From contig NW_021829270.1 in assembly GCF_006345805.1 (NCBI RefSeq), positions 1 through 6,678 on the forward strand: DNA of 6,678 nt, given 5' to 3'. The position numbers and the translations under genes were made by a program. Positions 6,584-6,678 of the stretch are shown piece after piece; position 1 is the first letter of the stretch; every line of letters begins with the position of its first letter. This stretch comes from Octopus sinensis (Eukaryota). Below the pieces are notes generated by a model. That model saw only the letters and a list, made by a program, of their open reading frames with translations. It was not told the DNA's origin and made no database searches.

Positions 6584-6678
6584 CGGATATTTCTCCTCAT
6601 CTTGCTGATATACCCTCCAGCCTTCAGTGTCTTGGGGAAATTTCGAACCTGGGTTCGCATTCCTAAGGTATTTTCCGT
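6584..6678 (-). repeat. Repeat unit A', second copy of 5748-5843
   Basis: Identical to 5748-5843 except one substitution (TTTGTCC vs TTTCTCC) and one 1-nt indel (CAGGTG vs CAGTG); runs to the window edge. Confidence 0.95.

Noticed and set aside
5748-6678. CRISPR-like or LTR interpretation of the direct repeats
   Set aside because: Only two copies of 96 bp, no spacer series or cas genes, no TG...CA ends or primer-binding site, and a eukaryotic context.

Overview
AT-rich eukaryotic non-coding DNA, most likely from an octopus. That assignment rests on my recollection of the repeat families, not a search. I find no intact host gene, RNA gene or CRISPR array; the long ORFs in the track are microsatellite or repeat read-throughs. 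The window is a nested transposon graveyard separated by (TG)n, (CT)n/(ATCT)n, (AAC)n, (ATC)n and (ATT)n tracts. It holds three unrelated tRNA-headed SINE families (X: three copies; Y and Z: one each). It also holds a decayed C-terminus of a CRE-like restriction-endonuclease (RLE) retrotransposon whose frame is restored when SINE X is removed, and a short Penelope-type GIY-YIG fragment. Other elements are a 117-bp foldback and a near-perfect 96-bp direct repeat flanking a ~500-bp retroposon fragment. The best leads are an apparent GG(T/G)ATT target preference of SINE X, the foldback inside a candidate non-coding exon, and the 96-bp duplication with possible hammerhead remnants. The sequence does not support a new biological system beyond these leads.
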